Assembly (NCBI GenBank): GCA_050179755.1
Contig: JBFXEV010000001.1
Location: 585,994 to 649,993, forward strand
Length of the DNA stretch: 64,000 nucleotides
Source of the DNA: Candidatus Babeliales bacterium
GTDB lineage: Bacteria > Babelota > Babeliae > Babelales > JBFXEV01
Reading direction: 5' to 3'
Under the pieces are notes generated by a model. It saw only the letters and a program-made list of their open reading frames with translations, did no database searches and had not been told where the DNA came from. The position numbers were made by a program, and so were the translations under genes. Below are positions 27,895 to 37,532 of this stretch, one piece after another (position 1 is the first letter of the stretch; every line of letters starts with the position of its first letter).

Positions 27895-28050
27895 ACCTTT
27901 CTACTATATTATTAAACTGTTTTTTCATCAATTTTTATGCTGAAATGTAGTGGTGTTTTCTCTTCTTTGTGTAGAGAGCTTACCAAGATGCTATCTTGAG
28001 TAAGCTCCAGATTTGATGACTTAATTAATATTATCAACAATAAATTCAGA
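27815..28050. repeat. Duplicated gene-junction block, copy 2
   Basis: Matches 25440-25680, including the hairpin at 27976-28007. Confidence 0.85.
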
Positions 28051-30234
28051 AACCGCCTCGCCAATTAAATAAGCTGCAATTGCTGTATTACCCGCATGAA
28101 TCCAGGGTTTTACATATACGCTGGTATCTGCAACGCGTAGACTGTCTACGCCAAGTACTCTGCATCGCGAATCAAGGACAGTGTTTGGATTCTTTGCTTT
28201 TCCAGTTTGTTTGTCTACTGCGCCCATTTGGCACGTACCGCTTATGTGATGTCCCCACGAGCTCCAATTTTTTATGTATTGTTTAAGTTCATCAACAGTA
28301 GCAGCATTTGGACCGGGAATAATTTCCCATGGCTGGCCAGGAATGCTGTATTTATCTTTGATGAGTGGGTTATTCATCACGTTACGTACCTCTTGAATCA
28401 TAAGAGCAATTCGTTCTATTGCTATTTCATCTTCAAAAAGTTGTTCGTGCAGTATTGGTGAAATTCTTGGATCTTTGCTTGCCAGGCGAACTGTGCCATT
28501 AGCAACGTGTGGTACTAAGTTTACTAGGTTCCAACTAAGAAACGTTCGTGGACTGGAAGTAAACATTGAAAAAAATGTTGCTCCTTGGAGCGGCACTCCT
28601 GTTTGATCAAGCGGATCATCAATATTTGGTATTAGTTGATTTCTTGGGAAATCAAAATAATTGCCTGGATATTGTGGGCCAAACCATGTTTGATCAAAAT
28701 TAAATATAAAGGCATTAAATGGTATTGCTTGGATTTTAGGGAGCGGGAATTGCCCTGTTTGTTCGCCAGCAAAATTATACCATTGGAGCGAGGATGTATT
28801 ATAAGCCAAAGGGTTTTCTGGAAACGCTGCAAGTGATGCAATGCATACAGCAAATATTTCTGGGTTAATTTGTTCTAAATTTGGGTTAAGAGCCAATATA
28901 AAAGCTGCTTGCCAAGCTGGTATAAAAACTAAAGGATTAGTTTCGTAACTTAGATACGCTTCGCAATGGTCTAGCAGATCAGATCCCACGCCTGGTAGAT
29001 TAATTTTGGTTTTTATACCTACATCTTCTAAGTGTTCTTTTGGCCCAATACCAGAGAGCATAAGCAGTTGCGGTGATTGAAGTGCACCACAGCACACGAT
29101 TACCTCTTTTTTGGCAATATAATTGGTGGTGCGGGCAGGTAAAGATTGATCAGTGTTTATTGCAAGGCAATCAGTAGGGTTTGGACAACTTTCAACGGGG
29201 CATATAACTTCAAATGCGGCGCCAGATTGTACTTCTTGCAAATATGCTTTGTCATAAGCTTTAACGCCAACTGCTTTATATTTATTTTGGTTTTTGCAGC
29301 ATGAACGTTTGTTTTCCTTCAAGATAATTTCTGAAACCAAGGTATTAAAAATAACTCTAATATTTCCTGTGTTGGCCATTTCAGGTACTAATAAATCTTG
29401 GTAGCCATAAGATCGATTCCCTGCAGCAGTAATATCTTGATCATTGTTGCCAATACCAACGATTTCTTGAGGATTACAAAAGTTTTCAAGAAAAGGTTTT
29501 TGAACCATAGCAACAACTACATCGGCGATATCTTGTGATAATTCTTCTATTGGCGTATGTTTAATTGATAACCAACCTTCTGTCGAGCAGCCATCACCTG
29601 GTGTTGCATATAGAATCTTTACTATTTTATTATACAAGCGATGTATGTTATCGCCTCTCCAGTAATCATCTTCAACAACTTCGGCAATATTATTATAGAC
29701 TTGTAATGATCCAAGTATATGTACAAAGCCATGCATATTAGATGAGCCACCTGCTCCAAGTCCACGAGGATATGCATAATATATGCCATTTTGATCAGAA
29801 GAAATAAAGTTTGCAAGATTTTGCGTTGCGTTCCAGTTGCCACAATTAGTTGAATTGGGATCTTGGTTAAATCTGTTTCTTTCAAGAACCAAATTTATAG
29901 GAATACGTATGAGATTTTTATCGAATTGAACGCGTGGGTCAGTAGATTGTAAACTGGTATCGGGGCCCGCTTCAAGAACTATTACTGAATAGCCTGCTTG
30001 TGCAAGGCGTGCTGCTACCACTGAACCAGCAGTTCCTGCCCCTACTATTATATAGTCAGCGCTATAATCAAACGATCCATGGCACGAATATTGTTTTTGG
30101 CAGCATGAGGGCAAACTACCTTTTTGGCTGTGGCCGTCTGTTTGTGCGAACGCCATATAAGGCGTAATTATATTGAGTAGTAAACTAAAAAAAATGAATT
30201 GTGCAAACATTTGTTTGCTGTGTGCTTTGTTCAT
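28021..30234 (-). CDS. Secreted GMC oxidoreductase family protein (GMC-4, short type)
   Basis: [44 protein letters not shown]. Confidence 0.93.
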   Translation of the reverse strand: MNKAHSKQMFAQFIFFSLLLNIITPYMAFAQTDGHSQKGSLPSCCQKQYSCHGSFDYSADYIIVGAGTAGSVVAARLAQAGYSVIVLEAGPDTSLQSTDPRVQFDKNLIRIPINLVLERNRFNQDPNSTNCGNWNATQNLANFISSDQNGIYYAYPRGLGAGGSSNMHGFVHILGSLQVYNNIAEVVEDDYWRGDNIHRLYNKIVKILYATPGDGCSTEGWLSIKHTPIEELSQDIADVVVAMVQKPFLENFCNPQEIVGIGNNDQDITAAGNRSYGYQDLLVPEMANTGNIRVIFNTLVSEIILKENKRSCCKNQNKYKAVGVKAYDKAYLQEVQSGAAFEVICPVESCPNPTDCLAINTDQSLPARTTNYIAKKEVIVCCGALQSPQLLMLSGIGPKEHLEDVGIKTKINLPGVGSDLLDHCEAYLSYETNPLVFIPAWQAAFILALNPNLEQINPEIFAVCIASLAAFPENPLAYNTSSLQWYNFAGEQTGQFPLPKIQAIPFNAFIFNFDQTWFGPQYPGNYFDFPRNQLIPNIDDPLDQTGVPLQGATFFSMFTSSPRTFLSWNLVNLVPHVANGTVRLASKDPRISPILHEQLFEDEIAIERIALMIQEVRNVMNNPLIKDKYSIPGQPWEIIPGPNAATVDELKQYIKNWSSWGHHISGTCQMGAVDKQTGKAKNPNTVLDSRCRVLGVDSLRVADTSVYVKPWIHAGNTAIAAYLIGEAVSEFIVDNIN

Positions 30235-30442
30235 TACAAATCCTTTGCTTGTATTATTAAACTGCTTTTTGTTGGGTTGTTCTAGAGTTAGTTAAGCTGT
30301 TTTGGCGCCTTTCTTTTTAGCAAATTATTCCTAATATTACCTTAGCAGTTATGCTGGAAATTGCAATGCGCTGATTTTTTATTGTCACCTCTTGTGTTGT
30401 TTTGTTGCATTTGGGTACGCTAAAGTTAATAAAGGAGACGAA

Positions 30443-30853
30443 ATGCAAAAAACAATTACGTTGTTTTTGGTGATGTGTGGTCAAATGTATGCAATGGAGA
30501 AAGAACAAACTCAACAACGAATCTCAATAATGGTAGCCGCCTGGGTGGTAACGCCCGACACACCGCTTAATGAAAAAAGTGAATTTCGTTTATTTCAGTT
30601 CCCCAATGGTTCACGCAAAATTACTTATACGTCCAGGCCTCAAGGGATTTTTGAAAAGCCGTGTGATGTAAAAACAGTATTAGAATTGCCTGCATCAAGT
30701 GTGATCGACATACCCATTCATTTACATAGCTGTACAAAAGACTATTTAAAGCTAAGTGCACCACAAGACGTTCATTGGTATAAAAGTTCTATCGTAACTC
30801 ATGGTGCAGCAGTATTGAGTACGATTCTTGTTATGGCTGCACTTTTTCATTAG
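30443..30853 (+). CDS. Secreted hypothetical protein with hydrophobic C-terminus
   Basis: aaaggag RBS before ATG 30443; signal peptide ending MYA-M; C-terminal GAAVLSTILVMAALFH. Confidence 0.7.
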   Translation: MQKTITLFLVMCGQMYAMEKEQTQQRISIMVAAWVVTPDTPLNEKSEFRLFQFPNGSRKITYTSRPQGIFEKPCDVKTVLELPASSVIDIPIHLHSCTKDYLKLSAPQDVHWYKSSIVTHGAAVLSTILVMAALFH

Positions 30854-32150
30854 GGATTTCAAGCACGTGTGCATATTTGTGCGCCAAGTATAAAAGCCCT
30901 AATACGTTTGGCACTGCGACAAGTGGCAAGATAACATCTGCAATTGCCCAGGCAAGAGGCACTGCTATTAATGATCCTACAAAAATGATTAAACAGACAA
31001 AAATTACATATGCATTTACATATTTAAATTGTGTGATCGTTGCAAAGCTTTGACGGCCATTAAAGCTGTTCCCAATTACTGTGCCGATCACAAACATGCA
31101 AATTGCTGCTACAAGTAATGGTCTGCCAAGAACCGGAATATATTGATTAAAGACTTGATACATCATGGTGTTGTCAAGCGTGCCTTTTTGCCAAAGTCCA
31201 GAAATTAACACTAAAAGTCCTGATAATGTGCATAGTAGCATATCCACACAGGCAGATACCATAGCAAGAATCCCTTGATCAGATGGATGTGCAACATCTG
31301 CCATTGCATGCGGAATAGAAGAAGTTCCCATGCCAGACTCGGTAATAAAAGCACCTTTATAGACGCCAGAGCGCACTGCAGAATAAAAAGTTGCTCCTAG
31401 AAATCCGCCAAGCGCAGGCAATGGTGCAAATGAATATTTTAACACGAGGCTCAGCGCATCGAGTGTTGCGCTCCAATTGTTAATTAATATTATTAATGAA
31501 GATGAAACATAAATAAAAAACATTGCTGGTACTAGCTTGCTATTAAACTCACCAATTCGTTTGGCGCCTCCTTGTAAAAGTATGAATACTAAGATAGCAA
31601 GTGTTGCGCCAGTGACCCATGTTGGTATAGATTCTTGCGCAAGTACATCTGCAAGCACGTTTGTTTGAAGCCCTGACCAGCAAGAAAATAAAAATACTGT
31701 TGCAAACGTGTACCACCAACCAAGCCATGGATATACTTTTTGTAAATATTGCATGGGGCCGCCTACAATTTTGCCGTCTGGTTGTTGTGATCTAAAATGA
31801 ACTGCAAAGGTAACTTCTGCAAACTTGGTAACGCTTGCAACAAAAGCATAAAAAACTAACCAAAACAAAGCGCCGGGCCCGCCGACAGCAATAGCGATTG
31901 AAGGCCCCACAATAGTGCCCATGCCAATAGAAGTAGACATGGCATTAAATAATGCATAAAACGGATTAATGCCAGCCCTATCGCTGCGTTCAGTTAAACC
32001 GTTTCTGAGCAAATGCCAAAAGCGAGGCAATCCTCTCAATTGCAAAAAATTGAGTTTTACAGTCAAAAAGAGAGCAGCACCAAGTAATATAAATGCTGCA
32101 GGCACTGCAAGCACGTAGGCAATGTAATCAATTAACGAAAGTAAATTCAT
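30831..32150 (-). CDS. Alanine/glycine:cation symporter (AGCS/AlsT family)
   Basis: IAVGGPGALFW, KFAEVT, VGGPMQYL, ESGMGTSSIPHA, VPNVLGL; many TM segments. Confidence 0.92.
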   Translation of the reverse strand: MNLLSLIDYIAYVLAVPAAFILLGAALFLTVKLNFLQLRGLPRFWHLLRNGLTERSDRAGINPFYALFNAMSTSIGMGTIVGPSIAIAVGGPGALFWLVFYAFVASVTKFAEVTFAVHFRSQQPDGKIVGGPMQYLQKVYPWLGWWYTFATVFLFSCWSGLQTNVLADVLAQESIPTWVTGATLAILVFILLQGGAKRIGEFNSKLVPAMFFIYVSSSLIILINNWSATLDALSLVLKYSFAPLPALGGFLGATFYSAVRSGVYKGAFITESGMGTSSIPHAMADVAHPSDQGILAMVSACVDMLLCTLSGLLVLISGLWQKGTLDNTMMYQVFNQYIPVLGRPLLVAAICMFVIGTVIGNSFNGRQSFATITQFKYVNAYVIFVCLIIFVGSLIAVPLAWAIADVILPLVAVPNVLGLLYLAHKYAHVLEIPNEKVQP

Positions 32151-32162
32151 GTGGTTCTTTCT

Positions 32163-32765
32163 TTATCTTACTTTTGCCAAATATGAAAGCGCGGATCTCA
32201 ATTGATGATCAAAAGGGGCATTGCTCATATCATTAGTTTTAACGTGCTGTAGTGCGCCAGTAATTTCTTGCCGTGAATAATTGAGCGAAGTGAGTACTTG
32301 GGTAATTTGTTGCCATTGCTTTGCGCTGCTATCATCTGCTAAATTTACACCACTCGTAATAAGTTGTGCTACTTTGTCTTTTAAATGTACCACAATTTGC
32401 TCAGCTTTTTTCTTGCCAATACCAGGTACTTTTGAAAGCATGGTGCTATTTTCTTGCCCTATTGCCTCAAGTGTGCCATTGCCACCTAAACATTCAAGCG
32501 TTGCAAGACCAATTTTAGGACCAATACCAGAGCAACTTATCACCAGCAAAAATACGGTGCGGTCAAGTTCTGTTTCAAATCCATAGAGTGTTGGGCCCTG
32601 CTCTTGGTTCCAATGAAGATAGGTCAATAAAGAACTTTCTTTATTAAGAGTATAGGCAGCTTCTTGAGCCACAAGTACCGCAAAACTAATGCCGGAGCCT
32701 GCAGCTTGTATTACTACTGTTTTGGGCCTAATGGAGTGAATGGTGCCTTTAATGCTATCAATCAT
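32163..32765 (-). CDS. ruvA: Holliday junction branch migration protein RuvA
   Basis: MIDSIKG, TLYGF, SGIGPKIG, KVPGIGKKKAEQIVVHLKDK. Confidence 0.95.
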   Translation of the reverse strand: MIDSIKGTIHSIRPKTVVIQAAGSGISFAVLVAQEAAYTLNKESSLLTYLHWNQEQGPTLYGFETELDRTVFLLVISCSGIGPKIGLATLECLGGNGTLEAIGQENSTMLSKVPGIGKKKAEQIVVHLKDKVAQLITSGVNLADDSSAKQWQQITQVLTSLNYSRQEITGALQHVKTNDMSNAPFDHQLRSALSYLAKVR

Positions 32766-32850
32766 GTTTCCTCAATAAATTTTTACCTATTCTTGTTTCA
32801 AGTATACGGTGCAATTAATGCGCACGCAAATGGCCTTTATAGCATTTTTG

Positions 32851-32878
32851 TTGACAAATGAGCTTTGTGTGGTACCTT
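32851..32878 (+). promoter_or_regulatory. Putative tRNA promoter
   Basis: TTGACA-16-TACCTT with TG extension, 22 nt before the tRNA. Confidence 0.6.
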
Positions 32879-32900
32879 TTTAAATGAATTTGAAAGATAT

Positions 32901-32976
32901 GTGGGAATAGCTCAGCTGGTAGAGCGTTGCCTTGCCAAGGCAAAGGTCGCGGGTTCGAATCCCGTTTCCCACTCCA
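32901..32976 (+). tRNA. tRNA-Gly (GCC)
   Basis: 76-nt cloverleaf: acceptor GTGGGAA/TTCCCAC, anticodon arm TTGCC-TTGCCAA-GGCAA, GGTTCGAATCC T-arm, U73, encoded CCA. Confidence 0.97.
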
Positions 32977-32977
32977 C

Positions 32978-33132
32978 TCGCCGCCGCTCCTTTGGAGCTA
33001 AGGCGTAGTGCCACGCATAGCGCTTCGCGTGAAGGTGGGTAGTCTTCGTTCTTGTAGGCTATTTTCTATAGCCTTTATCCGCTCATCCAGAGTGTTCTAT
33101 AAAGCTTTAGCGAAATAGAATGTATCGAGGGG
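32978..33132. repeat. Repeat cluster behind tRNA-Gly: family C (32978-33005), B (33009-33039, reverse), A (33079-33132)
   Basis: tcgccgccgctcctttggagctaaggcg; reverse complement cccaccttcacgcgaagcgctatgcgtggca; ccgctcatccagagtg-ttctat..atagaa-tgtatcgaggg. Confidence 0.8.
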
Positions 33133-33231
33133 CATTCAGGACTATTTCCCAAAGCCGAGTATACTGATACACTTACAAATAGCGTCCTTAAATTATTGTT
33201 TTTATGATTTTTTTCTCAAGGTACCACATAT

Positions 33232-34005
33232 ATGAAATCTATTGTTCAAGAAGGTTCTACTATCTCCAAGGCGGTTGAAAGTGCCTGGCAATCAGCCGGC
33301 AAACCCCACGAGTTTACCGTAAAAATCCTTGAAGAACCACAACACAACTTTATTGGTATGACCACGCGATCCGCAAAAGTCGCTTTATTTTTTAAAGAAC
33401 CAATATCATCTGGTAAGTCACACGATAAAGCAGAACGTTTTGGTCGCCAAGAACGTGCCGAGCGCAGTGAGCGCCCAGAACGCGGCGAACGCTCTGAGCG
33501 TGATAACCGTGGACGCGCTAAAAAGCAAGGTCGCGGGCCTCGCCAAGAAACTAATGGCAAACCATCCTCGTATGCAAAAGATTTTAGAAATGCGCAAGAA
33601 GAACAGCCTTCTTGGCCTAAAGAGCGTGAGCGAGCGCCGCAACGTGCACATAGTAAACCTTCTTTTGAACAAAAAGAGCAAGCTTTAGAGCATGAAGGTT
33701 CAGAAGATATGGCATTTGATGGCGTGTTCTGGACGCCAGAAATGATTATCATGGCAAAAGATTGGTTGCAAGGTTCACTGGCTGCAATGGATTTGCCGCA
33801 TGTGCACTATTCTACTGATGTGAATCGCCTTTATTTTAAAGTTTCATTTGACGAGCCGGTTAATCCTAATATGGCAACCGAACGTCAAATATTCCGTAGC
33901 TTTGCAATGCTTTTAATGCAGCATATGCGCAATAGGCTTAAGCGCCCACTTAAGGGGTTTAAGGTTGTGTTGTCCCGCGGCGGTGTTGACGTTGAAGATG
34001 AATAG
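33232..34005 (+). CDS. jag: Jag/EloR (KhpB)-like protein: Jag N-terminal domain, charged linker, no clear R3H
   Basis: MKSIVQEGSTISKAVESA..VKILEEPQHNFIG..AKV fits Jag_N; lies upstream of mnmE as is typical. Confidence 0.75.
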   Translation: MKSIVQEGSTISKAVESAWQSAGKPHEFTVKILEEPQHNFIGMTTRSAKVALFFKEPISSGKSHDKAERFGRQERAERSERPERGERSERDNRGRAKKQGRGPRQETNGKPSSYAKDFRNAQEEQPSWPKERERAPQRAHSKPSFEQKEQALEHEGSEDMAFDGVFWTPEMIIMAKDWLQGSLAAMDLPHVHYSTDVNRLYFKVSFDEPVNPNMATERQIFRSFAMLLMQHMRNRLKRPLKGFKVVLSRGGVDVEDE

Positions 34006-34029
34006 AAGAGAATTTCTTTCTCGTGAAAT

Positions 34030-34191
34030 GGCCAAGCCAGGCGTAGCTTTTGCGAAGACTGGTGGCGTTGACGTGCACGAAGAATAATCAATCGCTCACC
34101 CTGAGTAGTCCGTCATTTATGTGTTTTGCATTAAGCTTCTAGAGCCATGAGTATGTTGTGGGAATAGGCAAATGACGGATGTATCGAAGGG
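34030..34191. repeat. Family B (34030-34062, reverse) and family A (34092-34191) repeats
   Basis: Reverse complement ccagtcttcgcaaaagctacgcctggc; cgctcaccctgagta-tccgtcattt..aaatgacgga-tgtatcgaaggg. Confidence 0.8.
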
Positions 34192-34217
34192 TTTCGGTTT
34201 CTATCGAGGTTATAAAC

Positions 34218-35651
34218 ATGGCATTATTTCATGCCAAAGATCAAGAAACTATTATAGCGCAATGCACCCCTCAAGGTAGTGGTGCATTGGCGCTTATTCG
34301 CTTATCTGGCAACACTGCATTTGAAGTTGCAGATCAACTTTGTAAGCTTGCAAGTAACATAAAGCTTTCTGAAGTTCCTTCACATACCGTGCATTATGGC
34401 AGCGTGGTAGAGCACACCGGTGCAATAATTGACCGCGTGATGATTATTGCCATGCGTGGCCCCAAAACATTTACTGGCCAAGATACCGTAGAAATTACGT
34501 GTCATAATAATCAATTTGTGATTGAGCAAATTATTGAACGTGCAATTGCGTGTGGTGCTCGTTTGGCTACGGGCGGCGAATTTTCAAAACGGTCAGTATT
34601 AAATAACAAGATGGATTTGGTGCAAGCAGAAGCAGTGCATGAATTGATCCATGCAGCACATCAACAAAGTCTCAAGCAATCGCTGTCTCAGCTTGAAGGC
34701 AGCTTTAGCCGGTGGATTATCACTCTTGAAAAGCGCTTAGTTAAATGCTTGGCACTTTCTGAAGCTAGTTTTGAATTTCTTGATGAAGAAAATATGGCGT
34801 TTGGTGGGCAAATTAGAGAGATGCTTTCCGCAACGCTCCGTGATATTACCACCATTAAAAAAACGTTTGATCAACAACAACAAATTAGAGACGGCATTCG
34901 CATTGCCCTTTTGGGTTCAGTTAACGTAGGCAAATCATCTTTATTTAACGCACTGCTTGAAAAAGAACGCGCAATTGTGACTGATATTGCAGGCACCACG
35001 CGTGATGTTATAGAAGCAAGTATGAGCGTTGATGGTGGGTTTTGGACGTTTGTGGATACAGCAGGATTACGCACAACCAATGACATTGTGGAGCTTAAAG
35101 GCATTGAACGATCTCACGAAGAAGCTGCAAAAGCTGATATTATTTTATTGATCTATGATGGTGCACGCGAACTGCTTGAATCTGAGCGTGTGGTTTATCA
35201 ATCAATTTTACGTGAGTATGGTTCTAAAGTTGTTGTGGTTCAAAATAAGTCTGATCAATTTTTTTCACCGCTCATCCCGAGTGAATCGCGTAGCGATTTG
35301 TATCGAGGGACAGCCGATAAAAAAGATTTTCAAAAGTTGTTAATCCTTAAAACCTCTGTAAATCTTCCAGAAACTATCATTCAACTTCATCAAGTAATCA
35401 AAAATAAAGTGGCAACTCTTTTTGCAAGCAGCGCATCACCCTTTTTGCTTAATAAGCGTCAATTTCAATTGCTTGTGCAACTTGAACAAACAATTAATAC
35501 TATAATGCCAATGCTAGATGGTGCTGTTGAATATGAGCTGCTCTCATGCCATGTGCAAGATGCTTTGAGCAACCTTTCTGAACTTAGCGGTAAATCTATA
35601 AGTGAAGCCGGCATGGATGCAGTATTTAAAGAATTTTGTGTTGGAAAGTAA
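34218..35651 (+). CDS. mnmE: tRNA modification GTPase MnmE
   Basis: TIIAQCTP, IRLSG, PKTFTGQDTVEITCH, GSVNVGKSSL, IAGTTRD, DTAG, NKSD, C-terminal FCVGK. Confidence 0.97.
   Translation: MALFHAKDQETIIAQCTPQGSGALALIRLSGNTAFEVADQLCKLASNIKLSEVPSHTVHYGSVVEHTGAIIDRVMIIAMRGPKTFTGQDTVEITCHNNQFVIEQIIERAIACGARLATGGEFSKRSVLNNKMDLVQAEAVHELIHAAHQQSLKQSLSQLEGSFSRWIITLEKRLVKCLALSEASFEFLDEENMAFGGQIREMLSATLRDITTIKKTFDQQQQIRDGIRIALLGSVNVGKSSLFNALLEKERAIVTDIAGTTRDVIEASMSVDGGFWTFVDTAGLRTTNDIVELKGIERSHEEAAKADIILLIYDGARELLESERVVYQSILREYGSKVVVVQNKSDQFFSPLIPSESRSDLYRGTADKKDFQKLLILKTSVNLPETIIQLHQVIKNKVATLFASSASPFLLNKRQFQLLVQLEQTINTIMPMLDGAVEYELLSCHVQDALSNLSELSGKSISEAGMDAVFKEFCVGK
35268..35310 (+). repeat. Family A repeat embedded in frame in mnmE
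   Basis: ccgctcatcccgagtg-aatcgc-gta-gcgatt-tgtatcgaggga encodes PLIPSESRSDLYRG. Confidence 0.85.
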
Positions 35652-35722
35652 CAATAACGCTGCTTGCCCGAATTTGCTGTAAGCAAAGAAGGGTATTTCG
35701 CGAATTCTGTAGAGGCAAATAG

Positions 35723-36426
35723 CTATTTTAACAATTGCATATATCCGTTAATTATCTTATTTTTATAATAGCCTAGAGCTTTTGGGTTAAGTAATAGTGC
35801 TGCTGCAACGTGTCCGCGCTCTTCTGCCATTTGCATTGGGGTTTGGCTTTTTTCTTTATATCTTACTCTAGCACTCAGTGTATGTTTAAGTTGATTTATA
35901 TGTCTTATTGTAAGCGCAGCAATGATTTGTTCTTTATAGAGAGGAGTCATAACGCATTTATAAGCTGGCAGCTGTCTTAGTGGTAGATGATTAATAAAAT
36001 CTTTTGGCATTGGTAAGCAAAAAGAAAAAATTTTGGTGTATACTTCTGCTGGCCTTGTTAAATTCAGTCGATTTATGCAGCATAAATAAGTGAACCATTT
36101 TTTTTTCATTCTATGCATCCACATATCAGAAAACTCAGGACCGCCCTGTGGACTTATTAACAATGTTTCTATGATCTGCAACCTGTTGTACATTGCAGCT
36201 TGATGAAAAGGAGGTGGATTTTTTAGTTTTTTTTTGATTTTGTTTTGACCTTGGCTCCTTTTAGCAGTAATTGAGCAGCGTCTGCTGAATTATCATTTTC
36301 AATTGTTGTAAATAAAAGACGACGCAGCGGTTGTTTTGATGGGGGTGCGCTCTTTTTCATAGCCATGATAGATGGAGCAAAAATGAGCGAGCAGGCAAGG
36401 AATGAGATAGATTGTCTTGCTGGCAT
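35723..36426 (-). pseudogene. Secreted ankyrin protein split by a frameshift in an A9 tract
   Basis: One extra A at 36227-36235 joins LLLKGAKVKTKSKKK to LKNPPPFHQAAMYNRLQIIETLL, continuing the ankyrin motif. Confidence 0.75.
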
Positions 36427-36519
36427 GTTATTCCTTTTTGAGTTTCATCATATATACTCTTATTTTTAGTATACACAAGCAATTATTGTAACTGCAAGTG
36501 GGTATAGATAGCAGTTTAC

Positions 36520-37500
36520 CTAGTTTATCTTGCACAACTCAAGGTAATGCGGCCAAAGTGATGAATGTGGTAATGTAGCATCTTTTGTGATCAACCACAA
36601 AAGGTGTTGATAAAGATCAAGGCAATGTGGTTTAAGATGCGTAAAAGCAAGTTCATAAAGTCCATTATAAACACATTCTTCAAAAGATCTTAGATCTTTA
36701 TAAAAAAAATCTTCTGGATTTTCAATATTGCGCTGTTCATAATCAAGAAGCACCAGATTATTATCAGGGTCAACATATATCCCATTTTTTACATTCCAAT
36801 AACCGGTGGCGCAAATAATATTAAAGAGTTCAATAATTGCTTCTTTTGAAATATCTTTAATGCAATGCGGCGCATTTTTTAAATGAACAAGATCAGGGAT
36901 ATGTTCTTGCACCACAATGTAATTTTCATCGCTAAGTAGAGTGCTATAATGTGCGATGTGTACTAAATAAGTTGGCGCAATACGTATGTGCGTGCAAGAG
37001 AAATGCTCAAGTGCTTTTTCTAAAAGTAGATAATAGGCATATCTGCTAATAGTTTGATAGGTTGGCACTATTTCAAGTTTATCAATTAACGTGCTATTTC
37101 TAAACTCCCAATGTTTTGCAATTTCTGCATACCAATATGAATTTGCGCGCGTGTTATACGCATATATATTGCGAATTCTATGTTTAGGCCCTGCAATTTG
37201 CACCCAATAGTCATTATGGGGAATTTGAAAGACAAAATTGGTATATGCATGGTTTTTTATACCATGTTTAAAAAGATGCCAATTACCATTAGTGTATTTT
37301 TCTTGCCACGTGGAAAGTGGGTAGGGCGTTCTTGCAAGATAGATTAATAAATCTTGATTTTCCGTAATCCATGCTTGGGCATGAGCATTTGGCACTTTGC
37401 TTATATAAGATCTTAGTGAATCTTGGTTGAGTTGAATGAGTGATGGTGAAAAAGCAAAAGCGCTGTACTGGAAAAAAAGGAATAAACCAGCACAGCGCAT
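36520..37500 (-). CDS. Secreted hypothetical protein, possibly kinase-like fold
   Basis: Signal peptide; IRIAPTY..YIVVQEHI..GYWNVKNGIYVDPDNNLVLLDYE. Confidence 0.65.
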   Translation of the reverse strand: MRCAGLFLFFQYSAFAFSPSLIQLNQDSLRSYISKVPNAHAQAWITENQDLLIYLARTPYPLSTWQEKYTNGNWHLFKHGIKNHAYTNFVFQIPHNDYWVQIAGPKHRIRNIYAYNTRANSYWYAEIAKHWEFRNSTLIDKLEIVPTYQTISRYAYYLLLEKALEHFSCTHIRIAPTYLVHIAHYSTLLSDENYIVVQEHIPDLVHLKNAPHCIKDISKEAIIELFNIICATGYWNVKNGIYVDPDNNLVLLDYEQRNIENPEDFFYKDLRSFEECVYNGLYELAFTHLKPHCLDLYQHLLWLITKDATLPHSSLWPHYLELCKIN

Positions 37501-37532
37501 AAAATAATTCTATAAAAAAATTAGGTAAACAA

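Noticed and set aside
32976..34191. Integrated element or CRISPR array next to tRNA-Gly
   Set aside because: No integrase, no duplicated tRNA 3' end, no regularly spaced identical repeats, no cas genes.
34179..34217. Longer mnmE start from the ORF track
   Set aside because: That ATG lies in the right arm of a family A repeat; ATG 34218 has a gagg RBS.
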